A stretch of DNA of 64,000 nt from Tubulanus polymorphus. Lineage: Eukaryota > Animalia > Nemertea. Of the stretch, positions 12,640 to 26,390 are shown piece after piece. The first letter of the stretch is position 1. Each line of letters starts with the position of its first letter. The notes under the pieces were generated by a model. It worked only from the letters and a program-made list of their open reading frames with translations. It was not told the DNA's origin and searched no databases. The DNA lies in contig NC_134026.1 in assembly GCF_964204645.1 (NCBI RefSeq), positions 8,517,950 to 8,581,949 on the forward strand, in the 5' to 3' direction. Both the position numbers and the translations under genes were made by a program.

Positions 12640-12800
12640 CGGATAAATACTGAAAATTATTATGTAGCAGATACGTCCATACACGATAATATGTACTTAG
12701 ATAAGAGTTTGTTGAAGGGAGAGACCTGTATTATGATTTTCTATGGCATAAGCTGATTCTATGAAGTCTTCCAAGATCATTGCATAAATATATTAACTCG
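12640..12800 (+). pseudogene. Possible very decayed LINE RT fragment
   Basis: Frame-shifted peptides LDKSLLKGETCIMIF and YDFLWHKL resemble the region around the non-LTR RT D..KAFD motif; CpG-poor block. Confidence 0.25.
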
Positions 12801-13379
12801 CTTTGTTTAACTTGCTTCGATAAATTCCGAAACTGTCAGCAATACACGCTTTAATATCAACTGTGGGTTGTTCACCGCTCAAAATACTGAGATTGATATC
12901 AGTTTTCTAGTCATACATGAATAAGTATAGAGAGATAGCTGATTATTTCATCTTCATGTACAGACCTGGGCCCAATCTAATACTCTCCACAAACATTTTT
13001 TCCTGTAGCGACATGGAAAAATAGCCGAAAAACGGTGTTCTAAGTACATGCGTGAGATTGTTAATATCGTTTTACGTATCAGCTATGCACTACGCCAGGA
13101 CTGTATATCATGTGATAAAACTAATGTATTGCATTTATTACTTTAAGAGTTACGGCATATATTTTAACCTTTCCATAATTCAACACTGCTTTATACAATG
13201 AACTAATAACTCCATACAGCCAGCACCGAAGAAAACGATATGCATTGGCAGATCATCCAAGGCATTGTCAAATTCGTGATTGAAAATTGGTGCGATTTGA
13301 AGTTTTAAAGCACCTCCTTGTGCTTTTGACATGAAACGTGACTGTGAAACACGAGAATATGTTCGATGACGAATGTCCT

Positions 13380-13541
13380 TAATAATGCCACTGTTGGCAC
13401 CGATGAAAAATATCGCGTCACAAGGTATGATATTTTCATTGAATTAGAATTAGATTGAGGAAATTTGTTCTCAGAAAAATGTTGGCGTTAAGGAGCAGTG
13501 GCATTTAAAAGGATATGGCGTTATAACGAACTTTGACCGTA
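13380..13541. mobile_element. Tc1/pogo-type MITE (CAGT...ACTG ends, TA target), homologue at 22899-23093
   Basis: GGCGTTATAACGAACTTTGA and AGAATTAGATTGAG match the reverse complement of 22900-23000; ends in TTGACCGTA. Confidence 0.6.
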
Positions 13542-15799
13542 CACATATCTACAAATAAACAGATAGTGCTTTTCAAGGGCACGGGTCGCGTTTCAAACGT
13601 GATTTCAAGCAGCCAAATACCGATCTGCGAGGTATAATTGATGATTAAACCCTATACATATCGATGAGAATGTTCCAGTGCATTAGCAGCAGTAGCAGCA
13701 GCAGCAGCAGCAAATGTTGAAACTTTCTTTCATCGAATACGTCATGCTCATACGAGCGCGATCAGATATAGTAAACTAAACATCTATCATCAATCAGTGT
13801 CTTGACGCGAATACCGCAAAAAAACTTAAATTTTGACATTTTCTTATTCATTACTTATCCCGCCGGTGAACGCGGTGATCACTTGTGAACGCCGGATCAG
13901 ACGAGAAAATCGAGAACGCATAACAAATCGAACCATCTGGATGAACAGTTGTACGCATTTTTCACCTGATGAAGTTCAAGGTCGGAGAAACTAGATCTCG
14001 GGATCATGTTTTAACCCTAGAGTTAAATCTTCCTCCAGAACTTTGGAACATTGTGAAATACGGAGTTGTGATTCGAATTTGACTGTACGGTAAAAGCAAT
14101 TGAAAATGAAATTCTATTTTGCCGTCATAGATTCAATTCAACTTGCAACACTTTGAGAGTAAATATCAGAAACAAAAAACATGATTGTCCTTGTGACTGG
14201 CAAAATTAAGTTCATCAGTGTTGCTAGAAAATATGAGCGATAACAAGGACCAGTTTCACAATGAAATAGGTTTTCCAAACCAATTGATATTAGTTATGTT
14301 GATTGATTCCACTATGAGAAAATGTGGTGAACTCAACAAATGTTTGGTTTAATCGCTATTGGCAACTTCATGTAACGAGGACTCGCTATTCGAGCTTAAC
14401 CGTTTTCAGCTCAAGAGCTGATTTTGAAAACCGTTCATGAAACTGAAGCCTATTCATCGAAACTCCAACCAGCGTGCGAGATATCATGCTTTTTTCGGAA
14501 AAAGTAGACCACTGATTAAATTGCAAAATCATGAATTCCCACATTCCTAAATACATATATAACCGTCGGTGCCGAGAAATAGTCACAGCTAATAGGGTTC
14601 GTATATAAATGACAACCATATTTCATTTTGTTTAGACCGCGTATGACTATGAACGACGACGTATAGAGACGAAACCCCATTAGCGGTAGAGTTGCAGAAC
14701 CCACGTACATGTTCGAACATATATGTGCTTCGTCGAGCCCTAAGGTCAGTCGATTTCTTTCTCATTAATCTGGTCGCCATCGACCCCTGTAGCGCGGGAT
14801 CCGTCGTTCGTTCGTTCGTCCTGCTGGAATGCACGTCTAATGATCTTATTGACGTTCTGGCCTAATTACAGTATAATCGTCTTATGATGCGCAGCTAAAA
14901 TTTGATTGATTTTTCGTTTTACAAAGGCAGCCAGCACGGGTAACACCGCAGTGAATGAGAGGCTTTACCTATAAGTAGATTATAAACGCCAGACAAAACT
15001 AGAGAGACAGACGACAGAGACGAGGAGCTAGGGAGCGGGGAGAGAGCGCCAGAGAAGAAGAATCATTGCTGAACATCACATCGATGTTTTCCGGTTAATC
15101 AGACATTACTTGCACCCAAACGAATAATCTAGCTTCCTTCTCGACCCGCGGGAAAAAAGTATTCTACTTATCTTCTTTTTCTCTCTGCCTTGGAGCATGA
15201 CCGAATTATATGTATACAAGAATTTGACGAGAAATTAGCAGTGACAGATGTGATATACAAGGAGTTTTTATTTGATTTTAATCAGCTTGCTGGTTCAAGA
15301 GATTTAAATTTAAGATTGTAATTTCATCATGCGTATTTCCCCAGGATATAGGCCCTAGGGCCAGCGATATTGTTTTTCGGGTCAAATCAAATCGCTTAAT
15401 GTCTACTCGATCAGTTGGCGAATGCTAAAAGATGTGTGTAGACCTATATACATGTAAATAACTTTCAATCGAAATATCGCAATTCTATTTCGGAATTAGA
15501 CTATTTCAATATACGGTTGATGTATACGTCTAATAATAATGTAATACAGCTCTTATGTAAGAAATCTATAGGATAAAATCAATAGCAGCATTGATCAATC
15601 GGAATAGGATGTTCAATCTATTCTGGACCGAATTGGAGTTGGATCGATGCTCCCCTGGCCTCGCACAATTATACGCATGTATATATATCGCATGTGAATT
15701 GTCATCTCGAATTTCGAGCACAATCCATCATTACACAGACGAAATTCACAACGGAGTTTGCTGAAATACGTGCTGGGTATAGGAGACAAAGGGCACCAC

Positions 15800-16137
15800 A
15801 CCGCCCAACACAGACGACAGATGGAAACACGGTCGGAAACACGAAAACATGTAATCAAACATGTTTTTACTTAGAATGTGATTTTTTCGAAACCGTTTAT
15901 CGTTTCTTATAAAGCCCAACTCACAAGGAAACACGGAAACAAAAGGAAGAAACATGTTTCCCAGCGTCTCCTCGGTGTGGTGGGTGCGATTACGAGTAAC
16001 ATGGTTTCAGGACACGATGTTTTCGTGATCAAAAAGGATGGATTCTGTGTTTCCCTGTTTCCCTCGGTCGTGTGTTGGGCCAACACACTTGGCTGAAACA
16101 CGTTTCTGTTTCTCTGTGTCTTGTGTGTTGGGTCTTA
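15800..16137. mobile_element. Nested Harbinger-like MITEs (GCCCAACACA...TGTGTTGGG termini, GAAACA repeats)
   Basis: Inner element AAAGCCCAACTCACAAGGAAACACGGAAACA...TGTTTCCCTGTTTCCCTCGGTCGTGTGTTGGGC sits inside a similar outer pair. Related sequences at 30848-30935 and 39425-39612. Confidence 0.6.
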
Positions 16138-18261
16138 CCCCCGTAATAGCTCCCAACAAACATAGCCTACATACATTTCAGACACCGTTCTGGTCTAGAA
16201 AATGAACTATTGAGGTAAACTATATGGAAATGAATGAAATCCTTTCTATAAGGCCTATAAACCACGTAGAAGAGACAAACTTTAGTTCCAACACATTCCA
16301 TAAAACGAAATCCTCTGTTATATCGGCTTTCATTATTTAGCTTGGTTTGGATATTCCCCCCTCAATTTTCAAAAAGTCCAAAGATCTTCCATATGTATAT
16401 TGTGAAATCCCGAATATCGGTCAATTCCTCGAGGGTATAAATTGCAATTTCACTACGTTTTGGTGGTGAAAATAGTACCGGTAAAAATCCATGATATCAG
16501 GAGGTTCATTAGGATTTCACCAGAAGCCATATTACAGCAATTCCTGGACGACTATTCTTTAAACATATTTTCATTATCGGGGTAATGAAACGAGACGCGG
16601 ACTACTGAAAACGACTAATGGCCAACGTGAAATCTGGCGAGAAGCCTAAAGAGCATCTCTCAGCCGGATCCCCGCGCGGTACACTAGTGCCTTCATATCC
16701 AATTTACCGCTCCGGTGAACACCGAACGATAGTATGTGTTTGCTCATAAACGAAAAAAAATCCGTTACATCTGATTAGTCATTTCGATGCTCAGATCGGA
16801 TCGATAGTCGCGGCTCCGTTTAGGGCAGTATCGATCGCGTCAGCGAATTGGTAATTTCAGGCAATATTTGAAGGTTGACAATATACACGGTATATAGCAG
16901 CGTCATCGGCGACAAGACGAAATTAACACTAAGAGCTATTCGCATATATCTGCACCCCGGACGCATTAGCCAACTGATAGATCTATGATTGAAGGGATTT
17001 CGGACGAAAGGCGTCCGCTAAGTCCGAAATAAACTGCGTAAAAACTGCATCGACCGCGGCGGATATATCGAAGGCCTTGATCCAAATATGGATTATGGAA
17101 AAATCGAGTTAGCGCACGACAATTTTGCGTCAAATTGGGTGCCAGCGACGACGTTATTGATAGAAAAGTGGTCGAATATATACCCCGAAAAGACGATGAT
17201 AAGCGAATGCTTCGCGAAGTTTATGACAGTTTGTATTGATTCGCCCGCCACTCGTCTAAAGCTCTGATTGACTCGCAAAAAATATCGAAACCGATGATGA
17301 TGGCATCGCGCGCGGTCGTCTACTGCAAATTTGATAAGGCAAAATATAGTCTTGACGCGTAAAAAAAAATTAGGGATCCTTGTCGAATTAGGGCGAAGCG
17401 TTTTATAGAAAGTTGTATCTGACAACATTAAAGACATGCCATTTCAGAATCAAATAGATGAATAAATTTGAATTTCCATAAGTTCAATTTCAAAGTTGGA
17501 CAAGTCCATAACTACATGTTTATATCGAAAGTTTTTTTTTCGATAGCCATTGTTGTCGAGAAAGCAACTCATGCAAGTTACAGAAAAGAAGCGAAAAGAA
17601 CAAAAACATTAATGGACAATATTATTTCTCATATTAGTTAGTTATGCATGAATATATACTTAGTTTGCGATGTTATTGTTTTTCACAAAACCTATGAGTA
17701 AGTGATGGCGTTTCAAGCTCTTGTAACTGGTGGCTAATCGATGTCAGTTCATGGAGTCCATACAAAATCATCACTTTTACACGTAATCAAGTTTTGGAAG
17801 GACGGTCTTTTGTTTTGAAGCTAAAATCACCAGAAAAAGAGGCGGATTACGCGCGCATTATACGGAACCATTACAGTGGACTAATACCGGGCATTCGATC
17901 CGAACACGAACAAATCAACAACTCGGATTATTATTAATGAAGAGCCTTGGTCATTTACCGCAGATATTCATCAATGATGGACAGAAAAAGGCAATTCCTG
18001 CACCGATCGATAAGGTACCGTTCGCTCGCATCGTCTGTGAGAATGACTCATCAACAACGAATTCACAGTTACATATAGCGAATCTAAGGGCAACATTTTT
18101 TCTAGGGATAAATACACAGAAATCAGGTTTTATCAAAGCAAACTTAAAAAGGGGTTCATGGTGTTTAGGATAAGTGGTTTGGCAAGGTCTTACAACGATA
18201 AGGTTGAATACACCGTTAATTGTGGAAGTTGTTCTGACAATTCCTGTTGAAAATGAACCTG

Positions 18262-18473
18262 GTACTCAGTTTCACAGTTGCGAGTTAGAGTTAACCCTGA
18301 GTTAAAGTTAGTTCATTTTCAATGAGTTAACTCCGAGTCAAATCTTAACTCAGAACTGTGGAACTGGACCAGGATACATTTCCACCGTTGTGAGTTGAAT
18401 TTGATGATAGAGTTAAAACATTGAAAATGAATTGATTATAACTTAGAATTAACTCTAACTGTGGAACCGGGCC
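18262..18473. mobile_element. Two adjacent, oppositely oriented Harbinger-like MITEs of about 105 bp at CWG sites
   Basis: CTG|GTACTCAGTTTCACAGTT...AACTGTGGAACTGGAC|CAG|GATACATTTCCACCGTT...AACTGTGGAACCGGGCC|CTG. Centres read TTCATTTTCAA and TTGAAAATGAA respectively. Confidence 0.75.
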
Positions 18474-20233
18474 CTGGAATAACATTCAAGTTTAAGTGGA
18501 AATTTCTTTATTTATCACACATAACGAAGTTAACGCGACTGTCAGTGAAAAAAAGAGACGAGAACAACAGAAAATAATATATACAAAACTACGAAAAGAA
18601 GAAAGGTATTTAGAGGTAATGGAATTGTATTATACGTTAATATGTAACACTAAGTTTGAATAGAAGACTCTTATAAAGGCTCAATCCAAGTGGAAAATGC
18701 TATACCGAACTTCTACAATGAATCAGATGTGATTGAGTATATACGCAAGTAATCAACGCTCGATTATTATCAACCAATCATTTTTGCGATGAAATAAACA
18801 ATATATTCGAGAAGATACCGACTTAATGGTATATATCACTTGATACGACCGTTAACCTATACGCGCCGTGAAAAAGCTACTTAATTCGGGGACTCCACCC
18901 AATCTGATTAAAAACTGCTATACTCAACATCGGAAACGAACGCTTCCAAGCGAACTAAACTCATCTTCGCGCACTACGTGGCCTTTCAAAGATCGATGGC
19001 CTCGGCCACGTCAAATATTCGTGTATGCTGAACTTTTTTCACAATACATGTACTGTAACAACAACGAAAAGATAGGATTACAAAGTCGATTTCTTGAATC
19101 AAAATATGTTAAACTTTCCAATATTCAAACAATGTGTTTCACAAAAATTGTCAAAAAACCATTTGTTTCTAGTATTGAGGCTTCGTTGAAAGCAATACGA
19201 TGTGTATTCTCTTGGCGAAATTGAAACTGACGTAACGATCTGATTCTATCTTCCTGAAAATCACGTGATACAAACATACGGATATCATTATCACTTATCT
19301 TCTTCGATGGCTCAAACCTTAGAGTAATCATCGAATTACTTCGAGGACTATAAAACGAAAGAAATTTTTTATACGTGATTACGCCATGCTCTAACTATCT
19401 AACCCGAGTCGACGACAGTTTTGCCTAACGAAGGTTGCACTGAGTTCCGATCCGATCGTCCGCGATTCGGTCTTAAGAACACTCGTGACACATCGCGAGG
19501 TCGAGTCACCGATCCGGCCAAGACTTGTTTGTCGGATCTTAGCTACATTCATCAGGTCACCTTGAGATCCACGATCATTTTGAACAACCGAATGCTCTCA
19601 TGTGATGTACAGTTCATTGGCTGTGACCTTACGAACGATTGGCCGTAAGGCTTTATCACATAAAGCTTTATACTTACGCGGATAAACATGATAAAGTTAA
19701 TAGTTTCGACGCAAACTATTTTCATTCAAGAAATAATGTTTTGACTCAAATTTTTGGGCACAATACCAAAACAAAGGAATAGAATCTCGTTGAATTCAAA
19801 AATCAATCTTCATGCAAGTACTTATAGGTTAGTTTTGTTCACTGTCTTCATAGTGAGGAAAATGGTAATCGATCAACGAAACAATGACCATCGACTTTCT
19901 ACTGCACAAAAATCGCTACTTTTTCTCCCAACTCTAAGCAAATATTGACCATAAACAGGCGTCCTTAATGAGGAAGAATATGAACTTCATGCTATAAAAA
20001 GACTGACTGACGGTGTTGATAAAGGGTGAACTTTGAAAGTTTTATCAACAAAAACATATTCATCTTGCATCCACAATCCATAAGTTGTTCATCGACATCC
20101 TTGAATGTTTCATCAACCAAAACATTCATGCAACAATTATAGCTAATTTATGACGTAATCATTGGATTTGGACTGAACTGATACTGGGATTTAGTGGATC
20201 ATAATTCATTTTCATTTCAATCAAATTCAAGTT

Positions 20234-20507
20234 AAGCAGGCGATCACACGGAGACGATTTGGCCCGGGCAAAATTGGCATCGATCAGGCCTGAGTTAAAT
20301 TTGGCCCGTGCCTAATCTGAGAGCGCGTTCACACGTAAACCACTCATTCGATACTAAACGATGCCGTGACAAAGTGAAATTAGTCATTTCCGGTACCAGT
20401 TACAATTCAAACGCCATCGACCCGTGCTAGAATCTGGCTCGGTCCTGGTCCGACGTTTTCGGTCGGGCCAAACAGGCACGCGCCCAATTGCCACTCGTGC
20501 GAACAGT
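20234..20507. mobile_element. Harbinger-like MITE (GCGATCACACG...TTTGGCCCG), homologue at 48904-49253
   Basis: About 270 bp alignable by eye to the reverse complement of 48970-49253. Confidence 0.75.
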
Positions 20508-22898
20508 TGTTTCGGGTATAAACCGCTCATGTGACCGAAACGGGTAAGAACATCAGTTTGGTTACTCGCTAGTAATAAATGAAGTGCTTTGAATTATCTA
20601 CTTGTAAAGTAGAGAGGCCGTTTGAATCCTTTGAGGCTGAGGGAGATATGTCAGTGCATTTAGTAGCCGAAGGCTATTCGATACGATAGTTTTAAAATTC
20701 GACATTGATTAAACCCCGGTTTCTGGTGTTGCGCGAAAGCTCGAGCGCTATAAAATGCGCTGCGTTTACAGGCCAAAACGTTCTAACACATGGTTAGAAA
20801 TTTCAAAGCAATGTGGCAAACAACGGAGGAGCAAATCCCTCCGAGATGGCGATCTGCGCCGAGAAACAGCATGCGAAGAATTTCGGAAAGCGCGTCGAAT
20901 CATTTCTCGAGATATTTTACACAACTCCCGAGGCGTGGCTCTATTTACACGGACGAAGAAAGAAAAAAAACCCTGATTCCATCGCTGATGACGAATCGTT
21001 GCGCGGCGCGTCCCTGGAAGTTTTAATTATTTGGCGCGTAAAATGAAGCGAATAATTTCTCCATCGACGAAAATATGTTGTTAAGAAAATCGATTGATCG
21101 TATTAAGTGGAACCGAACGAAAGTCTCCATATTAGCCGCCACGCACGCGACGAAAACGAAACCCCAGATATATATATATATAGCTATCAATTCCGCAGCC
21201 CGAAATAAATGAAAACTGGTCATGAGATGATCAATACGATATTCGCAATAATTACTGGTACTATATATACATCCTCTTATGCACGCGAATGAGAAGAGAA
21301 GATAGTTCCTGTCGTCATTTCGGTATCTCATTAGTCAGGCGAGTGGCCGGTAATTATTTGGACGATGGCGAAGGGGTAGAGAAGCGTGCACGCGCGGCGG
21401 GCACTGGTTATCGATAAAGATTCATCATCGTCTGAGCGCGGTGATAGCTAAAGTCTGTAAATATATATGAGAGGTATAGACAAATACGACCAGCGATTGA
21501 AACGAACGCAGGCATAAATGACGGCAATAGAAGGGGTCGCTGTATCGTAAAGAGATAATCGTGAAAATTTTCTAGAGGGAGAGAGGGGAGAATGATGAGT
21601 GAGAGAGATGGCGATCTGAAGAGAGAATGTTAGAGAGGAAATAAGAGAGGGATTGCTAGATTTAAAGAGGGTGGGAGAGAGTGAGAGAGAGAGGGGGGAG
21701 GGCGATGGGTGAAATGATTAGATAGTTGAAGTCATTCAGGCATAAATTAATTAATGGCCAATGCTCAGATTGCGTTAACGGTTAAACACACTTACTAATA
21801 ATAGTAATAGCTGGCGTGGTTGTCAGTTCATTGTGCGTCAGTCGTTATAATGAGGAGTGGTGTTCTCATTACAGCTGGTCTGAGGCAGACCGAGGACAAT
21901 GTAAGACGAACGTAAACGCGAGCGCAAGAGGTAACTTTCTCAAGACTCTGGTGGCTTTCGCTCGATGAGCAAACGATATCGCGTAATCGATGAGTCGAAC
22001 AGAACGTCGCTCATTATAGAGGAGAGAGACCGTCGGTAAGTGGCACATACGCCCTATAACTTCCGTCGTCCAAATCGATCGAGCCAGTCCTACCGAACGT
22101 ATTATATACATATATGTATATACTCGCAGCTCGTAAATAAGAACTGACTTTCTTATCTTCGTTAATGAAAATCGTTGCGCGCAAGTCCGACGAAATATTT
22201 ACGATTTGTCCTAGCTAGTTAACGATTTCATATCAAGTTTAAGAGTGAGACGGACAGAGCATCCGAAACGAAATCGATTTCGAACACGTTAAGCCCCGCC
22301 ATCTATGCGAAATCGTTAACGCGCGCATCAATGAGTTAAACGAAACAACATGTATATACATAATGTATGACATTCACGAACATGCGACTCATTTTTAAAC
22401 GAGAGCGCAAAAGAATGACGGCATGACAAAAAGAGATTACGCGGATTTATCGAATCTAACCCGTGACTGTGGAAACGACAACAGTCCTCCCAAGAAACAC
22501 AGGTCGATAGTATTGCATGCCGTACAGAAGAAGAATAATCATCGAAAAAAAATACCAAAGAACATTATTAGATGATAAGATGATAAATTCAGCGTTATCT
22601 CTCAAGTTGCGGCACTCCTCTATATCTCTCTGTCATAGTCGACGCATTTCTAGGACACTTTCCACTTAACTAATCCATTAGAGAAATTAGATTACATTTT
22701 TATCAAATATTCATTACCCTCACGAAAATAGTGCCTTCTCTGTGCATGAATAGAAACTCACGTATCTACTTTGTAGTTAGATGTTACGTAGATATCCCAG
22801 CAGTAATATGCCTTCATTTCGATTAGTTGTAGAAAATGCCGGTATTCGAGGGAATGGGGAATACTTAGATTTAAATAGTTCACAACACACAATCAAAG

Positions 22899-23093
22899 CA
22901 ATCAAAGTTCGTTATAACGCCAGCACTTCTAATGCCATTGCTCGCTGAATAACGTCAACATTGTTCGGAGAAAAAATTTACTCAATCTAATTCTACCTCA
23001 ATGGAAACATCATTCTTTATAACGCCAACTTCGTTGTAATGCCACATTTTTCACTGGTCCCAAAAATGCCATCATTATAAAGGATTGTAACTG
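22899..23093. mobile_element. Tc1/pogo-type MITE
   Basis: CAATCAAAGTTCGTTATAACGCC...ATTATAAAGGATTGTAACTG|TA; homologous to 13380-13541. Confidence 0.6.
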
Positions 23094-23210
23094 TATTAAA
23101 GATTTCAGATTCCAAATATTCTTGTAGACATTTGGCTTTTTGTATACGTCGCACATTGTGTACGGCAGCATCCTGGTGACAATTATATATCTATCCTTTT
23201 TGTAACTCAC

Positions 23211-23476
23211 CAGGGGTGAATTAAGGGAGTGGTCTCGGAGATCCGGACCCCTGCCTTCCCATTGAGATTGCCCTTTTAGTCAAGACAGAGATCTTTAAAT
23301 CCTGTAAATTTGATACTCTTCCTCTTGGAAATCTTTCAGATTTATTTCTTCGGAAAATATCTAAAACCGACGGCAGAACCCCGGTAGAGGTCTTTCTTTG
23401 ACTTTGCTGCTTTATCCGAGAAATGTATTTTTTTCTTCTGGACCACGGCCTTCCGAATTTCCTAGATCCGCTCCTG
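23211..23476. mobile_element. CAGGGGCGGATCCAG-type (hAT-like) MITE
   Basis: CAGGGGTGAATTAAGG...CCTAGATCCGCTCCTG with CTCAC on both flanks. Same terminal type at 28452-28655, 36210-36456, 38444-38702 and 63413-63698. Confidence 0.6.
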
Positions 23477-23851
23477 CTCACATAGGACAGAATTAAACAA
23501 TACCATTTGAATAGAAATTCATTTTCTGCGTGAAAAAATCGCTCTGTAAAATCGCAGTGAAAAATCATTTTGATTCATGTTTATCAATGTTTTTGTCGAA
23601 GATGGCCATGATTGTTACGTGTGAAAAAATCACAGAAAAATAATTTCTTTATCTATATGTCTAGCATGTTTCCTCGACGGTGGCCATTTTTCCGCGTGAA
23701 ATATTAAACGGCATGCAGAAATCTCTTGGTTTGCAATGGTATGATATTTATCAATTTTACATGAATCACGTATTGATTAAGAAACGCGTGAATCCGAATG
23801 CATGCTCATTGTCATTGTCATGGGCAACATGTCACATCAAAATCATTTGCT

Positions 23852-24125
23852 AGAACGAAGACCACACTCAAACGTGGTGAACGGATAATAAGATAAAATC
23901 CCACTATTTACAGATTAAAAGAATTTAAAAACAAGAATTTATTTATTAAATCTAAAATATTTAAAAGACACGACGTTTCGATCTCACCCTAGAGATCATC
24001 GTCACACACCTGACGATGATCTCTAGGGTGAGATCGAAACGTCGCGTCTTTTAAATATTTTAGATTTAATAAATAAATTCTTGTTTTTAAATTCTTTTAA
24101 TCTGTAAATAGTGGGATTTTATCTT
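23852..24125. mobile_element. Penelope-like inverted pLTR insertion (116-bp-arm palindrome plus 37-nt tail) with 13-bp TSD
   Basis: Arms 23889-24004 and 24011-24126 are complementary with 1 mismatch around the loop CACACC. AAAATCATTTGCT is duplicated at 23839-23851 and 24126-24138. Confidence 0.8.
24005..24048 (+). ncRNA. Minimal type I hammerhead ribozyme motif
   Basis: CACAC-CTGACGA-T-GATCTC(TAGGGT)GAGATC-GAAACGTC-GCGTC: both conserved core boxes, a perfect 6-bp stem II, palindromic ACGT stem III and a GUC site. Stem I ACAC/GTGT is complete in the allele seen in the other copies. Confidence 0.7.
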
Positions 24126-25250
24126 AAAATCATTTGCTGTTTTCTCAATAATAAAAATCTCACCAAATTTATCGAGGTCAACTGTTTCGTCTTGCTTTTT
24201 CTTCTCTGTAACATTAATACCTGTTTATGTTTATGAGACTATATGTAGTCGGTTATTCAACGAACTAGTTCGTACTGAATTTATAAACTTCGTAATCTAA
24301 CAGTAAACATCTTGCTCATAATTCATGATTTCACAACTTTATATTACTTTCATCTGTTTTTTTTCTTCAAATTGATTATCGTAACTGAAGGTGAACAACA
24401 GTTATCGAGTTTGTTAAGTCGGAATTTATAGCATAATATAAATCATTTTTTTTTCACTTAAAGATAACAATGAAATGAACAATAAAAATGCCGAGTTAAC
24501 ATCGATAAGTGAGAGTGCAGTGACAGGGTCCACGGGGTGTAACAACTTTGGACCAAAACAAGTGGTGACTCTCCCAAATTTCGAGGTTAGAAGTCGGAAT
24601 CTCGAGTTTCGTATTAGAAAAAAAAAATCGCGCGAGTTTTCACTGATTTTCGATTTTTCTCGATTTATTTTCCGATTCCCCGAGATTTTCGCGCTGAGGT
24701 TTCTGTAGCGAGGGACCGAAATACCATAGAAATTTGATCGATGTCATCATAACTCGAGCATTACATAAGGGAGCTTTGTCTATTTAGAATCGTTTTCTTC
24801 TTCACGCCGAGTAACATTCCAATTCAATTCACCCACCGTCTGCCCGTTGGGAAATCGAATTTATTTTCATACTTAACGTATTCGTCGAACATCGGATTAA
24901 ACTTCTGGAGCGCACGTGCGCGCGCCGTCATCGTCGTCGTCATCGTTGGCAGACGGAATTCTCTCACATCGCCAAGAAAGCAGGTAGCGATCGCGACGAC
25001 AATGGAACGATGGCCAGTTTTAAGTAACAGATTGGGAATTAGACAATAGCTACCGGAACATGCGAATAGACAATTGCACAATCTCGACACACCAGGATAT
25101 GTGCCCTAGGATACGCTGAAGGGTACTAGATATCCCATCGCTAAGGGGATACATCTGTCTATGTTATGTACTATTTTCCAGCTTTTCCAGTAGCGGATTT
25201 ATAATTATTGGGCATTTGACTGGTATATGGTCATACTCCTGTTATCTATA

Positions 25251-25281
25251 CCTTGGAGTTATCAGACTGATTACTCCAAGT
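25251..25281. mobile_element. 31-bp palindromic micro-element with 5-bp TSD (CTATA)
   Basis: CTATA|CCTTGGAGTTATCAGACTGATTACTCCAAGT|CTATA. Confidence 0.75.
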
Positions 25282-25501
25282 CTATACACTCTCGCTTTTC
25301 CATGAGTTTAAACGTGGAAAATACAATTTCGGCTGATATTCATAAGAACTATGAAAATATTGAGACATATCCTTCCAGACAATAGTGCGATGTTGTCTTA
25401 AAAATGGCACTATGGGGACTTGATGAGTTCAATTTAATTGAATATTCACAGAAAAAGCAGTATTATAAAGTAACGGGAAAATAAACGATTCTTAACGCCA
25501 G

Positions 25502-25602
25502 GGCCCAGTTTTATAGACTGGTATTACCCGGGTACTAACTCAATTCATTTTCAATTGTGTTAACCCCGGGTTAAAGGTAATACCAGTCTATGAAACCAGC
25601 CC
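25502..25602. mobile_element. Harbinger-like MITE
   Basis: CAG|GGCCCAGTTTTATAGACTGGTATTACC...GGTAATACCAGTCTATGAAACCAGCCC; central TTCATTTTCAAT. Confidence 0.75.
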
Positions 25603-26261
25603 CGGGGAGAATATACAAGATTACAGAGAAGAGCGCTTTTCGCAGACATTCACAATGAAGTTGAATAATGGATGAGAAAGAAATGAACAGAAGAGGTTCG
25701 TACAAACGAAGGAGGCGCTGGCCGAGCCTGACAGTTTCATTTACTCGCATCTAAATACGCCTAACAAAAACTGTAGAATTTCAAAAACAAATGATAGATC
25801 GCCGAATAAGATAGTTGTTACGTTTCGCTGATTGACCAGGATGGGCACAAATTGGCTATTTGCTTAGACAGTCGGTCGATGATGCTACAACAGCATCGAG
25901 CTGGGGCCATGATCAGAGGACAATGATTCGGCGTGTGCTGAATTCGTACAAACGAGCTCATCATCTTAACCACGCGCGCCCGCGCCGCGCGATTCAATTA
26001 TTGCACCGAAATGCGATTATTTGACGGACGCGGGGTTAAAGGTGGGGAATACACGACAAAATGAAATCATCCGGCGTAAATTAGTGTCATGAATATTTTG
26101 TATAACCGACTGATTCGTGGGGATAATCGCGAAATTATCGTCCAGTATGACTAATGAAGCCGCGTTTCGCTTCTTGTGATGAGAACAAACGCACTCACCA
26201 AACGATACGATAGACAACGTGTTCTTAATGCCACGAATATCTTTGTGGGAGAGGGAGAGGG

Positions 26262-26262
<1 letters not shown>

Positions 26263-26304
<42 letters not shown>

Positions 26305-26390
26305 GGCACAGGCACAGGGACAGGCACAGGGACAGGCACAGGGAGAGGGACAGGCACAGGCACAGGGAAAGGGACAGGCACAGGGAGAGT
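26263..26390. repeat. (GGGACA/GGCACA)n hexamer microsatellite
   Basis: About 20 units; explains the GT/GQ/VP/SL low-complexity ORFs in the track. Confidence 0.95.
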
